Part shown: positions 17,959 through 27,951 of the stretch, piece by piece | Numbering within the stretch: position 1 is the first letter of the stretch | Layout: every line of letters starts with the position of its first letter | Source: an uncultured Gemmatimonadales bacterium | Lineage (GTDB): Bacteria > Gemmatimonadota > Gemmatimonadetes > Longimicrobiales > RSA9 | Direction of reading: 5' to 3' | Length of the DNA stretch: 64,000 nucleotides | Assembly (NCBI GenBank): GCA_963741945.1 | Contig: CAVUKA010000004.1 | Location: forward strand, 43,733 to 107,732 | Notes under the pieces: model-generated | Database searches by the model: none | What the model saw: the letters and a program-made list of their open reading frames with translations, nothing else | What the model was told of the DNA's origin: nothing | Position numbers and translations under genes: made by a program

Positions 17959-18549
17959 TCACCCGCCCCCCGGTCGCGCGGGCCGGCCCAGCGGACCGCT
18001 CGCTTCCCCGTCCCCGGCGCTGTCCGCGTTTTCCGTGGCGCGCCCCGGGATGGCCGAGGAAGAGACGTCCCGCAGCGGATCCTGCGACAGGAGCGAATCC
18101 AGCGGTGGCGGCGCGCTCCCGCCCCCGGGCTGCGCCAGCTGCTGCCGCAGGTCCGCGGCCGCGGCCCGGAGTGTCCGCAGCTCGGGCTCCACCTGCGTGA
18201 GCGAGGCGCCCCGGCGCAGGCGGGCCACGATCCCGTCCGCCATTGCCTCCAGCTGCCGGACCCTGGCCTCCACGTCGTATCCCGATGCCAGCCAGTCCAC
18301 GTTCCGCCGCGCCATGACCATCTGGTCGGTCATCGCTTCGGCCGTGAAGACCAGCTCCGGTCGGCCCGCCATGGCCGTGTCCAGCACCGCCGTGAAGTTG
18401 GCGAGCTGCTGACTCAGTGTGCCAGCGCTCCGGTTCGCCGCCAGCGCCGCGGCGGGCGGGGGGGCTTCCTCCGTGAACGGGTGATCCCGACTCATGTTGC
18501 ACCCGCCCGACAGCAGGGCCAGCGCACAGCTCAGCAGAACGCGTCTCAT
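17959..18549 (-). CDS. Hypothetical lipoprotein (helical, no recognised domain)
   Basis: ATG 18549 gives MRRVLLSCALALLSGGC, a signal peptide with lipobox. The remaining upstream part of the 595-aa track ORF is R/G-rich shadow antisense to the PP2C gene. Confidence 0.6.
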   Translation of the reverse strand: MRRVLLSCALALLSGGCNMSRDHPFTEEAPPPAAALAANRSAGTLSQQLANFTAVLDTAMAGRPELVFTAEAMTDQMVMARRNVDWLASGYDVEARVRQLEAMADGIVARLRRGASLTQVEPELRTLRAAAADLRQQLAQPGGGSAPPPLDSLLSQDPLRDVSSSAIPGRATENADSAGDGEASGPLGRPARPGGG

Positions 18550-18615
18550 GACGGACGATTCGGGCAATCCACGTGCCGTCTTGCCCGTGTCCCCACGGGT
18601 GCCTACGCTTCGCGG

Positions 18616-19344
18616 ATGGACATCGCATTCGCCGGTCGCACCGATACGGGACGCGTTCGCGCCCGCAACGAGGACGCTCTGCTTCAGCGCCCGGAGCGTG
18701 GTCTCTTCGTGGTGGCGGACGGCATGGGGGGCCACGTCGCCGGGGACATCGCGAGCCGCATGGCCGTGGACGTAGTGGACGACCGGACCGCTGAAGCCAC
18801 GGACGACCCCGTGGCGCAGCTGGCGGACGCGGCCCGGGCGGCCCACGCGGCGATTCTCAAGGCCGCGAGTGCGAATCGGGCGCTGGACGGGATGGGGACG
18901 ACGCTTACCGCCCTGCGCCTCCTGGAGCCCGCCGGATGTGCGGTGGTCCACGTCGGAGACTCCCGCGCCTACCGCTGGCACCGGGGCACCCTCGAGCAGG
19001 TGACCCGCGACCAGACCTGGGTCCAGGACCAGGTGGACGCCGGGGCCCTGTCTCCGGCGCAGGCTCGCGCCCACCCGTTCTCGGCCATGCTGACTTCCGC
19101 CCTCGGCGTGGGTGGTGCGGATCTCGATACCCAGATCGTACGCCCGGACTGCGAGCCCGGTGACCTTTTCCTGCTCTGCAGCGATGGACTCACCGCCGCC
19201 CTGGACGACGATGACATCCGCGCTGTCCTGGCCGGCCATCCGGACCTCGAGGACGCCGCGGCCGCGCTGGTGCGTGCGGCCAACGAAGCCGGTGGACCGG
19301 ACAACATCACCGTCGCACTGGTCCGCATCGACTCCGCCGGCTGA
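18616..19344 (+). CDS. PP2C-family Ser/Thr protein phosphatase
   Basis: Motifs RARNEDA, FVVADGMGGHVAG, MGTTLTA, VGDSRAY, LCSDGL and GGPDNITV. Confidence 0.9.
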   Translation: MDIAFAGRTDTGRVRARNEDALLQRPERGLFVVADGMGGHVAGDIASRMAVDVVDDRTAEATDDPVAQLADAARAAHAAILKAASANRALDGMGTTLTALRLLEPAGCAVVHVGDSRAYRWHRGTLEQVTRDQTWVQDQVDAGALSPAQARAHPFSAMLTSALGVGGADLDTQIVRPDCEPGDLFLLCSDGLTAALDDDDIRAVLAGHPDLEDAAAALVRAANEAGGPDNITVALVRIDSAG

Positions 19345-19388
19345 AGCCGCGCGCCGGGCAGCGCTCCGGCCCCGGGCTACCGGGCGCG

Positions 19389-20744
19389 TCACCCGAGCAG
19401 CGCCTCCCCCCGTTCCAGCCGCCCCCGCACTTCCCCGTCCGGCAGCGCAACCAGTGAGCCGATCGCCCGCGCGGTCACTGACGGCCGACCCCCCAGCGCG
19501 AACAGACGCAGCACACGCGCCGTACGGTACAGCTCGTCCGCGACCCTCGGCAGCCCGATCAGCCCCGCCTGTCCCCCCGGACCGAGCCGGATCACCTCGC
19601 CCGTGCCCCGCTGCACCAGCAGGTCCAGCCGGAACATCCCCGGCTTCTCCGGGAAGTCCAGGAACAGGGATCCCGGATCCAGCCCCAGCTCCCGCGCCAG
19701 CGCGTCCTCCACCCGCCGCTTCAGCGGCGAGTCGCTCGTTGCCCACTCCGATGTCTCTCCCGGAAGCTCGGCCGCCACCACCTCCACCAGTCGCTTGGGC
19801 AGCCTTCGCCGCTGCAGCGCGTCCACCATCCGCGCGATCGAACGGGATCCCTCCCTGCCATGCGGCTCCCCGTGCGACTCCGCTCTGCTGGACAGGAGGA
19901 AAAGGAGCGCTTCGTCCGTCTTCCCCACCAGCTCCTCCGGCGCGATCAGCCCCGTTGAAAGCGCGTCGTACACGATCCGCTTGTACAGCACCGTCGCCGA
20001 CCGCACGGCATGGTGCCAGTACACGTTCCGGAACATCTGGTACTTCGAGAAGAGCAGCGACTCAAGCGCCGCCACCCCCTTCTCGTGCACCCCCACCTCC
20101 GCACCCCCACCCTCCGGCGGCTCCAGCACCGTCAGCGCCCCGAGCAGCCGGTCCACGTCCACTTCGCCATACGGGACACCGCAGAAACGGGCGTCCCGCT
20201 TCAGGTACTCCACCTTGTCCAGGTCCAGACTCCCGCTCACCAGCCCCTGCAGCGGCGACGACGACCGGCCCCGGATCAGCGACTCCACCCGCGAAACGCC
20301 ATCCGCCGCCACCGCTTCCAGCGCCGAGCGGACTTCCACGTCCTCGAGGAACCGCCCCGTCAGAGCCTCGTGGTGCCCCGGGATCAGCTCCTCCTCCAGC
20401 TCCTCCAGCGCGTGCGAGAACGGATAATGCCCAACGTCGTGCAGCAGCCCCGCAAGCGCGACCAGCCGCTCCTCCTCCGCCTCCACCCCGTCCAGCCAAC
20501 CCCGCGCCCCCAGGCTGCCCATCGCCCGTCGGATCAGGTGATATACCCCCAGCGCGTGATCGAACCGCGTGTGGCTCGCCCCCGGATACACCAGGTGCGC
20601 CAGACCCAACTGGCGGATGTAGCGCAACCGCTGGAACGCGCCCGAATCCACCACCCGTCGCGCCGCGTCATCCACCTCGATCGTCCCCCAGACCGGCTCA
20701 CGAATCACCACTGCCCCGCCGCCCCCCCTCTCACCCTCCGCCAT
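19389..20744 (-). CDS. HD-domain phosphohydrolase (COG1078 / SAMHD1-like dNTPase family)
   Basis: FQRLRYIRQLGL ... SHTRFDHALGVYHL ... AGLLHDVGHYPFSHALE. I chose the ATG at 20744 (MAEGERGG). Confidence 0.82.
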   Translation of the reverse strand: MAEGERGGGGAVVIREPVWGTIEVDDAARRVVDSGAFQRLRYIRQLGLAHLVYPGASHTRFDHALGVYHLIRRAMGSLGARGWLDGVEAEEERLVALAGLLHDVGHYPFSHALEELEEELIPGHHEALTGRFLEDVEVRSALEAVAADGVSRVESLIRGRSSSPLQGLVSGSLDLDKVEYLKRDARFCGVPYGEVDVDRLLGALTVLEPPEGGGAEVGVHEKGVAALESLLFSKYQMFRNVYWHHAVRSATVLYKRIVYDALSTGLIAPEELVGKTDEALLFLLSSRAESHGEPHGREGSRSIARMVDALQRRRLPKRLVEVVAAELPGETSEWATSDSPLKRRVEDALARELGLDPGSLFLDFPEKPGMFRLDLLVQRGTGEVIRLGPGGQAGLIGLPRVADELYRTARVLRLFALGGRPSVTARAIGSLVALPDGEVRGRLERGEALLG

Positions 20745-20871
20745 GACCTCATCTCCCTTCCAGCATTGGTCCGATCCATGCAATTCAACAGGGGTTGAAG
20801 TATCGACGCGTGACGCCGACGCGGGGCCAGCTACGGCCTCGCTTCGGTTTTCTGGATTGTGAGCTGAGACC

Positions 20872-21149
20872 ATGATATATCGTACCGCCCTCATCGCCAG
20901 CGCGCTGACCGCGGCCGCGCTGGCCGGGTGTGCCGGCTCCGGCGCCGGCCCCGGGACACCGACACCGCCATCGGACCCTGGCGCCGGGGGCCACGACGCT
21001 GCTTCCGCCGTAGCGCTGGACGGCCCCGGAGCGCTCGGCTACACGGGTCCGAGGGTGGTGGAATACCGAAGGACGCGGGCTCGACGTCGTTCTACGGCGT
21101 GCGCGGGAGCAATGGCGTCATCCTGATCCGGACGAAGCGTGGCGGTTAG
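20872..21149 (+). pseudogene. Small lipoprotein ORF with apparent -1 frame break and a TonB-receptor plug-like C-terminal motif
   Basis: The frame starting at ATG 20872 encodes MIYRTALIASALTAAALAGC (lipobox) and reads plausibly up to ...GPRVVE at about 21063. The frame one position back (-1) then encodes IPKDAGSTSFYGVRGSNGVILIRTKRGG up to the stop at 21149. Neither frame alone gives both parts. Confidence 0.4.
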
Positions 21150-21227
21150 CGATGGAGCGGCGGCATACGACCCTCGCGCGGGAGCCGGAGCCCGCGCCCG
21201 TGCGCGTGTCGCCTGGTCAGGCGAAGC

Positions 21228-22814
21228 TCACGGCCCGGCGTTCCGGACGTCCTCGCTCACACCGTCGGCGAACTTCTCGAAGTTCTCCCGGAACATCTGG
21301 ACGAGCTTTTCGGCCTGGGCGTCGTATTCCCAGGGGTGCTCCCACGTCTGGCGTGGGCGCAGCACCTCATCCGGGACGCCGCGCACGTGGTCGGGGACTT
21401 CCAGCCCGAAGACGGGATCGGTGTGCGTCTTCACCCCGTCCAGCTCGCCCGTCAGCGCCGCGGTCACCATGCGCCGGGTGTGCGACAGCTCCACCCGGTG
21501 CCCTTCCCCGAACGCGCCTCCCGTCCACCCCGTGTTCACCAGCCACGTGGTGGCATCGTGCTCGGCGACGAGGCGCGCGAGCAGGTCGGCATAGTGGGCG
21601 GGCGGCAGAGGCAGGAAAGGCGCGCCGAAGCACGCGCTGAACGTGGCCTTCGGCTCGGTCACCCCTTTCTCCGTCCCGGCCACCTTGGCCGTGTAACCGG
21701 AGAGGAAGTGGTACGCGGCCTGGTGCCGGTCCAGCCGGGCGATGGGCGGCAACACTCCGAACGCGTCGGCGGTCAGGAAGATCACGTTGCGCGGGTGCCC
21801 CCCCCGCTTGTCGCGGACCGCCCCATCGATGAAGCGCAGCGGATAGGAGGAACGCGTGTTCTCCGTGATGCTGTCGTCGTCCCATTTCGGGCAGCGGTTC
21901 TGGTCCATCACCACGTTCTCGAGGATGGCGCCGAACCGTTTGCTGGCCGACCAGATCAGCGGCTCACCCGACCGGGAGAGCCGGATCACCTTGGCGTAGT
22001 TTCCGCCCTCGAAGTTGAAGACGCCGTCCTCGGACCAGCCGTGCTCGTCATCGCCGATCAGATAGCGATCCGGGTCGGTGGAGAGCGTGGTCTTTCCGGT
22101 GCCCGAGAGACCGAAGAAGAGCGCCACGTCCCCGTCCTCCCCCATGTTCGCCGAGCAGTGCATGCTCAGCACGTCCTGCCGCGGGAGGAGGTAGTTCATC
22201 ACGCTGAAGATCGACTTCTTGATCTCACCGGCGTAGCGTGTGCCGCCGATGAGGACCTGCTTTTCGGCGAAGTTGACGACGACGAAGGCGCCCGACCGTG
22301 TCCCGTGCTTCTTGGGATCCGCCTGGAACTCGGGACTGTGCAGCACCGTGAAGCCGACCTCGAAGTGATCCCGGTGATCACCATGCGGCTCCAGGAACAT
22401 GTTGTTCACGAACAGCGAGTGCCACGCGCTCGGCGTGACCACGCGCACGTTCAGCCGGTACTGCGGGTCGGCCCCGGCCCAGACATCGCGGATGTACAGG
22501 TCGTCCTGCCCGTCCAGGTGAGCGACCAAGTCCGCACGCAGCCGATCGAAATGCTCCGGCTCGATCGCCACGTTCACGCTGCCCCACCAGATCTCGTTCT
22601 CGGTGCCGGGCTCGCGCACCGTGAACTTGTCGCCGGGGGACCGCCCTGTGTGGGGCGCTGTCACCGCCACGAACGAGCCATCGGCCGACAGCTTCCCTTC
22701 ACCCCGCCACACCGCGTGCTCCACCAGCTCCGCGGGCGGCAGGTTCCAGTGGATACGGCCGACCGGCCTCAGTCCGTGCTCGCTCAGCTGCGTTCGTTCC
22801 TTCGTCGTCGCCAC
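21228..22814 (-). CDS. pckA: Phosphoenolpyruvate carboxykinase (ATP)
   Basis: Kinase-1a GLSGTGKTTLS, IGDDEHGW and NFEGGNYAK. I chose the GTG at 22814 (VATTKERTQL); the ATG at 22874 would overlap the maeB 3' end by 38 nt. Confidence 0.9.
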   Translation of the reverse strand: MATTKERTQLSEHGLRPVGRIHWNLPPAELVEHAVWRGEGKLSADGSFVAVTAPHTGRSPGDKFTVREPGTENEIWWGSVNVAIEPEHFDRLRADLVAHLDGQDDLYIRDVWAGADPQYRLNVRVVTPSAWHSLFVNNMFLEPHGDHRDHFEVGFTVLHSPEFQADPKKHGTRSGAFVVVNFAEKQVLIGGTRYAGEIKKSIFSVMNYLLPRQDVLSMHCSANMGEDGDVALFFGLSGTGKTTLSTDPDRYLIGDDEHGWSEDGVFNFEGGNYAKVIRLSRSGEPLIWSASKRFGAILENVVMDQNRCPKWDDDSITENTRSSYPLRFIDGAVRDKRGGHPRNVIFLTADAFGVLPPIARLDRHQAAYHFLSGYTAKVAGTEKGVTEPKATFSACFGAPFLPLPPAHYADLLARLVAEHDATTWLVNTGWTGGAFGEGHRVELSHTRRMVTAALTGELDGVKTHTDPVFGLEVPDHVRGVPDEVLRPRQTWEHPWEYDAQAEKLVQMFRENFEKFADGVSEDVRNAGP

Positions 22815-22836
22815 TCTTCCCGCCTTCTGGTTCCTA

Positions 22837-25110
22837 TTACGGGTTGTTGATCGTGGTCCGGCGACGCTGGGCATCCACCACCGCGATCGCCGTCAGGTTC
22901 ACCACGTCCGCCGCTTCGCTCCCGCGCTGCAGGACGTGGACCGGTTTCGCCATCCCCATCAGGATCGGGCCGATGGCTTCCGCCCCGCCGATCCGACCCA
23001 TGAGCTTGTACGCGATGTTCGCCGCGTTGAGGTCCGGGAAGATCAGGACGTTTGCCGGACCGTCCAGCCTGCTGAACGGGTATCGGCTCTGCAGGATTTC
23101 TGCCACGACGGCCGTGTCCGCCTGCATCTCGCCATCCACTTTCAGGTCCGGCCGGAACTGCCGCACGCGCTCCGTGGCCTCACGGACCTTCAGCGCCTGG
23201 GGGTGCCGGGTCGAGCCGAAGTTGGAGAAGGAAAGCATGGCCATGCGCGGCTCGATCCCCAGCCGCTGCACGAAGTCGGCGGAGAGCAGCGCGATCTCGG
23301 CCAGCGTCTCGGCATCCGGATCGATGTTCACCGTGGTGTCCGCGAAGAACATGATCTCGTGCTGCAGCACCATCATGTAGAGACCGGCCACGTGCTTCAC
23401 GGAAGCGTCCGTCCCCACCGCTTCCAGCGCCGGCCGGATCGTCTCCGGGTAGTGTGTCTCGATTCCCGCGATGGCGCCGTCCGCGTCTCCCTCGGCCACC
23501 ATCATGTGACCGAAGTAGGCGGTCTCCCGCAGCCGCTCCTGGGCCTCGGGCAGCGTGATCCCCTTGCGCTGGCGCCGCTCGAAGAACTTCCGGGCGTAGC
23601 GGTCCCGCAGCTCGTCGCTGATCGCCGGGTCGATGATGTCGACCTCGCTCAGGTCCACGTGGAGCTCCTTCGCCCGCTCCCGGATCCGGTCTTCACGCCC
23701 CAGCAGGACCGGGTGGACGATCCCTTCCTGCATCGCCTGCCCGACTGCGCGGATGATCCGGTCGTCCTCACCCTCCGGATACACGATGCGACGCGGGTCG
23801 CGCTCCGCCCGGAGCATGATGTCGCGCATCACCTCGCGTCGCCGACCCAGCCGCGCCTCCAGCTGCGTCCGGTACTCCTCGAGGTCGATCTCCTGTCGCG
23901 CCACCCCATCCTCCATGGCCGCCTGCGCCACCGCGGGCGCCACCCACAGGAGGACGCGATAGTCGAACGGCTTCGGGATCAGGTACCGTGCGCCGAAGCG
24001 GAATGTCTCCTTCCCGTACGCGTGCGCCACCGACTCCGGCACGTCCTCCTTCGCCAGTGCTGCCAGCGCGCGCGTGGCCGCGAGCTTCATGTTGTCCGTG
24101 ATCGCCCGCGCCCGCACGTCCAGCGCGCCACGGAAGATGAACGGGAAGCCCAGGACGTTGTTCACCTGGTTGTCGAAATCGCTCCGGCCCGTGGCCATGA
24201 TCGCGTCATCGCGAACCCCGAACACCTCATCCGGCAGGATCTCCGGGTCCGGGTTGGCCAGCGCGAAGATCACGGGGCGCTCCGCCATGGTCTTCACCAT
24301 CTCCGGTGTTGCCGCCCCCGCCACCGACAGTCCCACGAACACGTCGGCGCCCTCCATGGCGCCGGCCAGGTCCATGGTCGGCGATGCCTGCGCGAACTTC
24401 GCCTTGTACTTGTTCATTCCCGCCGTACGGTCCTGCGTGATCAGCCCCTTGCTGTCGCACAGGAAGATGTTCTCACGCTTCGCGCCCAGCCGGATGTAAT
24501 GGTTGGCGGTGGCGATCGCCGACGCGCCCGCGCCGCTGAACACGATCTTCACGTCCGCCACGTCCTTCCCCACCACTTCCAGTGCGTTCACCAGCGCCGC
24601 ACCCGAGATGATGGCCGTGCCGTGCTGGTCATCGTGGAAGACCGGGATGTCCAGCTTCTCCTTGAGCGCTTCCTCGATCTCGAAGCACTCCGGCGCCTTG
24701 ATGTCTTCCAGGTTGATCCCGCCCAGCGTGGGCTCCAGCAGCTCGCAGAAATGGATGATCTCCTGCGCGTCCTCCGAATCCACCTCAATGTCGAACACGT
24801 CAATGTCGGCGAACCGCTTGAACAGCACGGCCTTCCCCTCCATCACCGGCTTGCCGGCCAGCGCCCCGAGATTCCCGAGGCCCAGCACGGCCGTGCCGTT
24901 CGACACCACGCCCACGAGGTTCCCCCGCGCCGTGTATTTGAACGCCGCGTCCGGATCATCCTTGATGATCCGACACGGCTCCGCTACGCCCGGTGTGTAG
25001 GCCAGCGAAAGGTCCCATTGCGTCCCCACCGGCTTCGTGGGTACCACCGCGATCTTGCCCGGGCGGCCCTGCTCGTGATAGTCGAGTGCCGCCTGCTTTC
25101 TATCCACCAT
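22837..25110 (-). CDS. maeB: NADP-dependent malic enzyme with C-terminal phosphotransacetylase-like domain
   Basis: N-terminal [30 protein letters not shown] and the malic NAD(P)-binding FSGAGASA. The C-terminal half is a PTA-like domain. At 758 aa from ATG 25110 it matches MaeB length. Confidence 0.9.
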   Translation of the reverse strand: MVDRKQAALDYHEQGRPGKIAVVPTKPVGTQWDLSLAYTPGVAEPCRIIKDDPDAAFKYTARGNLVGVVSNGTAVLGLGNLGALAGKPVMEGKAVLFKRFADIDVFDIEVDSEDAQEIIHFCELLEPTLGGINLEDIKAPECFEIEEALKEKLDIPVFHDDQHGTAIISGAALVNALEVVGKDVADVKIVFSGAGASAIATANHYIRLGAKRENIFLCDSKGLITQDRTAGMNKYKAKFAQASPTMDLAGAMEGADVFVGLSVAGAATPEMVKTMAERPVIFALANPDPEILPDEVFGVRDDAIMATGRSDFDNQVNNVLGFPFIFRGALDVRARAITDNMKLAATRALAALAKEDVPESVAHAYGKETFRFGARYLIPKPFDYRVLLWVAPAVAQAAMEDGVARQEIDLEEYRTQLEARLGRRREVMRDIMLRAERDPRRIVYPEGEDDRIIRAVGQAMQEGIVHPVLLGREDRIRERAKELHVDLSEVDIIDPAISDELRDRYARKFFERRQRKGITLPEAQERLRETAYFGHMMVAEGDADGAIAGIETHYPETIRPALEAVGTDASVKHVAGLYMMVLQHEIMFFADTTVNIDPDAETLAEIALLSADFVQRLGIEPRMAMLSFSNFGSTRHPQALKVREATERVRQFRPDLKVDGEMQADTAVVAEILQSRYPFSRLDGPANVLIFPDLNAANIAYKLMGRIGGAEAIGPILMGMAKPVHVLQRGSEAADVVNLTAIAVVDAQRRRTTINNP

Positions 25111-25252
25111 GTATTTGCTCCTCAGCGTCTGGGTCCGAGCAGGCAAAGGCTACCGATCCCGGGGGTCGAAAGCAAGCAGTGGCGAGCTGATTCGCCCGTT
25201 GCGCCCGCGGCTCCATGGCGCGATTCTCGCACCGGTCCGGCGCGGCCCGATC

Positions 25253-27064
25253 ATGCCTCGAACCGACATCATGCTTCGAAACTCCCGATCTCTCATCGTG
25301 GCCGCGCTCCTCCTGGCCATTGGCGCCGTGTCCGTCCGCGCCCAGGGAGGTGGCGCGGCCGCATGCAAGACGGGGCGGATCGAGCACATCTTCGTCGATA
25401 ACCATTCCATCTTCGATACGTCGGATCCGGAGCTCGATCCTCGCTTCCGGTGGGCGTACTCGCTGGCGAACGAGCTCCACGTCCGGACGGATGAAGCGGT
25501 GATCCGGCGGGAGCTCCTGTTCGACGTGGGCGACTGCTACGACCCCGTGCTCATGGAGGAGTCCGAGCGGCTCCTGCGCGGGTACCCGTTCATCGCCCGG
25601 GCCGACATCTATGGCGTCCGGCAGCCGGGCGGCGCCCTTCACGTGGTGGTCGACACGGAGGATGAATGGTCCACGCAGGTCGAGACCCGCCTCGACCTGA
25701 GCCAGGGCTTCGACTTCCAGGGCGTGGATGTCCGCGAGCAGAACCTGCTCGGGACCGGACGCGAACTGGGCGTCTTCTACAGCAACCTGGACGCGACGCA
25801 GACGTACGGCGTCCGCTACTTCGCGCCCCAGCTGTTTCGGACCCGGTGGAACCTCGACCTGGCCGGCGGGAAGACGCGCGCTGGGACGTTCCTGGACGAG
25901 ATCGTGAGCTATCCATTTGTCGGCGAGATCGGCCGATGGGCGGCGCAGCAGCGCCTGTACCGGCACGATCGCTATTTCGACTACCTGCTCCCGTCGCAGG
26001 CCGGGGATGAGCTTCGCCTGCTGGTGCCGCTGCGCGAGAAGGAGTTCCAGCTGGCCCTGCTCCGCCGCTTCGGCCGGGTGGGCAATCTGACCATCCTGGG
26101 CGCAGGAATGGGGTTCCAGGAGATCTCCTATCCCGGAAGCGACAGCACGCTGTCCCTCGTCCGCAACGGCGACTATCGCCACGCCTCTCCGGCGCCCGGG
26201 ACGGTGGCCGCGCCCGCCCTCGGCGCCATGGAGCACCTGCGCAACATCCGGGCGATGATCCTGCTCGGGAAGCGCAACATCGTATGGCGGCAGCGAAGGG
26301 GGCTGGACAGCTTCCGCGGCGAGGAGGATGTGCGGATCGGCGCCGACGTCGAGATCGCGTTCGCGCGTTCCCTCCCCGGCCTCGAGTCGGACAACGACCT
26401 CTATGGATCCCTCGACTTCTACGCAGCCGCGGGTCCGCCCACCGCCTTTATGGCCACCCGCATCCGCGCTGACGCGCGTCGCGACTACGCCGCGACGCCG
26501 GGCACCCGCGAGGTGAAGGACCTGATCGCGGAGAGCGAGACCTTCCTTTACGTGCGCCCGTCACAGGCGAGCCGCCACACGCTCGTCCTCCGCGCGGCCG
26601 CGGCGGGCGGCTGGCACACTGCCACGCCGTTCCAGATCACGCTCGGCGGCCAGCACTCCCTCCGTGGGCTGCCCCGGACGGCATTCCCCGGAGGCCGCAG
26701 GGTAGTCTTCACGGCCGAAGACCGGTTCTATGTCGGCTGGCCACTGACGGACGTGGCCGATTTCGGCACTTCCCTCTTCGTCGATGTGGGCCGGATCTGG
26801 CCCGGCGATGCCCCGTACGGCCAGAGCTCCGGGTGGAGAACGTCGGTCGGCGGCGGGATCCGCGCGAACTTCCCCGCTGGCGGGACGAACACGTTCCGTG
26901 TCGATGCCGCGTTCCCCGTGGGCTCCAACGGTGGGTTGGGCAAGCTCCAGCTCCTGATCGGCGTCACCGAGTATCTCGGCATCAGCTCGCGCTTCGAGGA
27001 CCCGCAGCTCAGCCGCTCCCGCGTTCCGCCCATCAGGGGTAATCTCCTCAGCTTCCCGAACTGA
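25253..27064 (+). CDS. Omp85/BamA-family outer-membrane protein (POTRA plus surface-antigen barrel)
   Basis: Signal peptide ending VRAQ. POTRA-like IEHIFVDNHSIF ... VRTDEAVIRRELLFDVGDCYDPVLMEESERLLRGYPFIARADI. A long beta-strand-pattern C-terminal half follows. Ends ...NLLSFPN. Confidence 0.75.
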   Translation: MPRTDIMLRNSRSLIVAALLLAIGAVSVRAQGGGAAACKTGRIEHIFVDNHSIFDTSDPELDPRFRWAYSLANELHVRTDEAVIRRELLFDVGDCYDPVLMEESERLLRGYPFIARADIYGVRQPGGALHVVVDTEDEWSTQVETRLDLSQGFDFQGVDVREQNLLGTGRELGVFYSNLDATQTYGVRYFAPQLFRTRWNLDLAGGKTRAGTFLDEIVSYPFVGEIGRWAAQQRLYRHDRYFDYLLPSQAGDELRLLVPLREKEFQLALLRRFGRVGNLTILGAGMGFQEISYPGSDSTLSLVRNGDYRHASPAPGTVAAPALGAMEHLRNIRAMILLGKRNIVWRQRRGLDSFRGEEDVRIGADVEIAFARSLPGLESDNDLYGSLDFYAAAGPPTAFMATRIRADARRDYAATPGTREVKDLIAESETFLYVRPSQASRHTLVLRAAAAGGWHTATPFQITLGGQHSLRGLPRTAFPGGRRVVFTAEDRFYVGWPLTDVADFGTSLFVDVGRIWPGDAPYGQSSGWRTSVGGGIRANFPAGGTNTFRVDAAFPVGSNGGLGKLQLLIGVTEYLGISSRFEDPQLSRSRVPPIRGNLLSFPN

Positions 27065-27069
27065 CTGTC

Positions 27070-27777
27070 GTGAGCCTCCTGCCCCGCGCCCATGACGCGC
27101 CGGAGCGGATGGATGCCGATGACGTCGACGCTGGCACGCTCGACCGTGCCCTCGATGATGTCGCCGCCGTGAACCGTTGGCTGGGCGGCCGGCGGGCCCT
27201 CCTCCGGCACCTCCCGTGGGCGCTTCCCCCCTCCGGAGCCACCGCGCGCGTGGTGGATATCGGGACCGGCTCCGCGGATCTTCCCGCCGCAGTGGCCCGT
27301 TGGGCGCGCGCCCGCGGCCGTCGCGTGGAGATCACGGCCGTGGACCGCCACCCTGCGACCATCGAGAGCGCTCAGCTCCGCACCCGGGTCTGGCCGGAGA
27401 TCCGGACCGTCCGGGGTGACGGTCTGCGCCTCCCCTTTGCGGACGGTGCCTTCCATCTGGTGCTCCTGTCCATGACGCTGCACCACATGGATGGTGACAG
27501 CCTGCCGGGGCTGTTGCGCGAGGCCGGGCGCGTGGCCCGCGGCGGCCGGATCCTCGTGGGCGAGCTCCGTCGCTCGGTCCCCGCGTACCTCGGGGCGAAG
27601 CTCCTGGCCGCCACCGTCTGGCGAACGAACCGCATCACCCGTCACGACGGGCCTCTGTCGGTCCGCCGCGCGTTCACGCCCTCCGAGCTCGTCACCCTGG
27701 CCGACCGTGCGGGGCTCCGCGATCCACGCGTCTTCTCGCACCCGCTCTTCCGCCTCGTCCTCCGCGCCCGCGGCTGA
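27070..27777 (+). CDS. Class I SAM-dependent methyltransferase
   Basis: Motif I VVDIGTGSADL; post-I ITAVD; LPFADGAFHLVLLSMTLHHM. The N-terminal PERMD ... L ... VNRWLGG segment is, as I recall, seen in methyltransferases of phenolic-lipid loci. Starts 6 nt after the Omp85 stop. Confidence 0.85.
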   Translation: MSLLPRAHDAPERMDADDVDAGTLDRALDDVAAVNRWLGGRRALLRHLPWALPPSGATARVVDIGTGSADLPAAVARWARARGRRVEITAVDRHPATIESAQLRTRVWPEIRTVRGDGLRLPFADGAFHLVLLSMTLHHMDGDSLPGLLREAGRVARGGRILVGELRRSVPAYLGAKLLAATVWRTNRITRHDGPLSVRRAFTPSELVTLADRAGLRDPRVFSHPLFRLVLRARG

Positions 27778-27951
27778 CATCCGGGTCCCGCGCCTCGTGC
27801 GCCGGGAGCCGGGAACGAACGGTGCATCTCTCCCGTGTTCGGGAGTGACGGGTCGGGACGCCGGCCCCGGACGCCCGCCCCGGAACAGGAGGTCGCGCTG
27901 CCCAGAGACGGAGTCCACACGGAGCCTGAAGCGCTGTCCGATGGCACCGTC

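Noticed and set aside
18550-19746. Upstream 398 codons of the 595-aa minus-strand ORF 17959..19746
   Set aside because: This part is antisense to the PP2C phosphatase gene and is R/G-rich. Only the last 197 codons, from ATG 18549 with a lipoprotein signal, look genuine.
22815-22874. ATG at 22874 as the pckA start
   Set aside because: It would overlap the maeB 3' end by 38 nt and add a basic, non-conserved 20-aa leader. GTG 22814 gives a PckA of normal length. This remains a moderate-confidence choice.
22603-25401. 932-aa plus-strand ORF
   Set aside because: It is antisense to maeB and the pckA 5' end. Composition is R/H/P-rich and no domain is recognisable. It is a shadow ORF.
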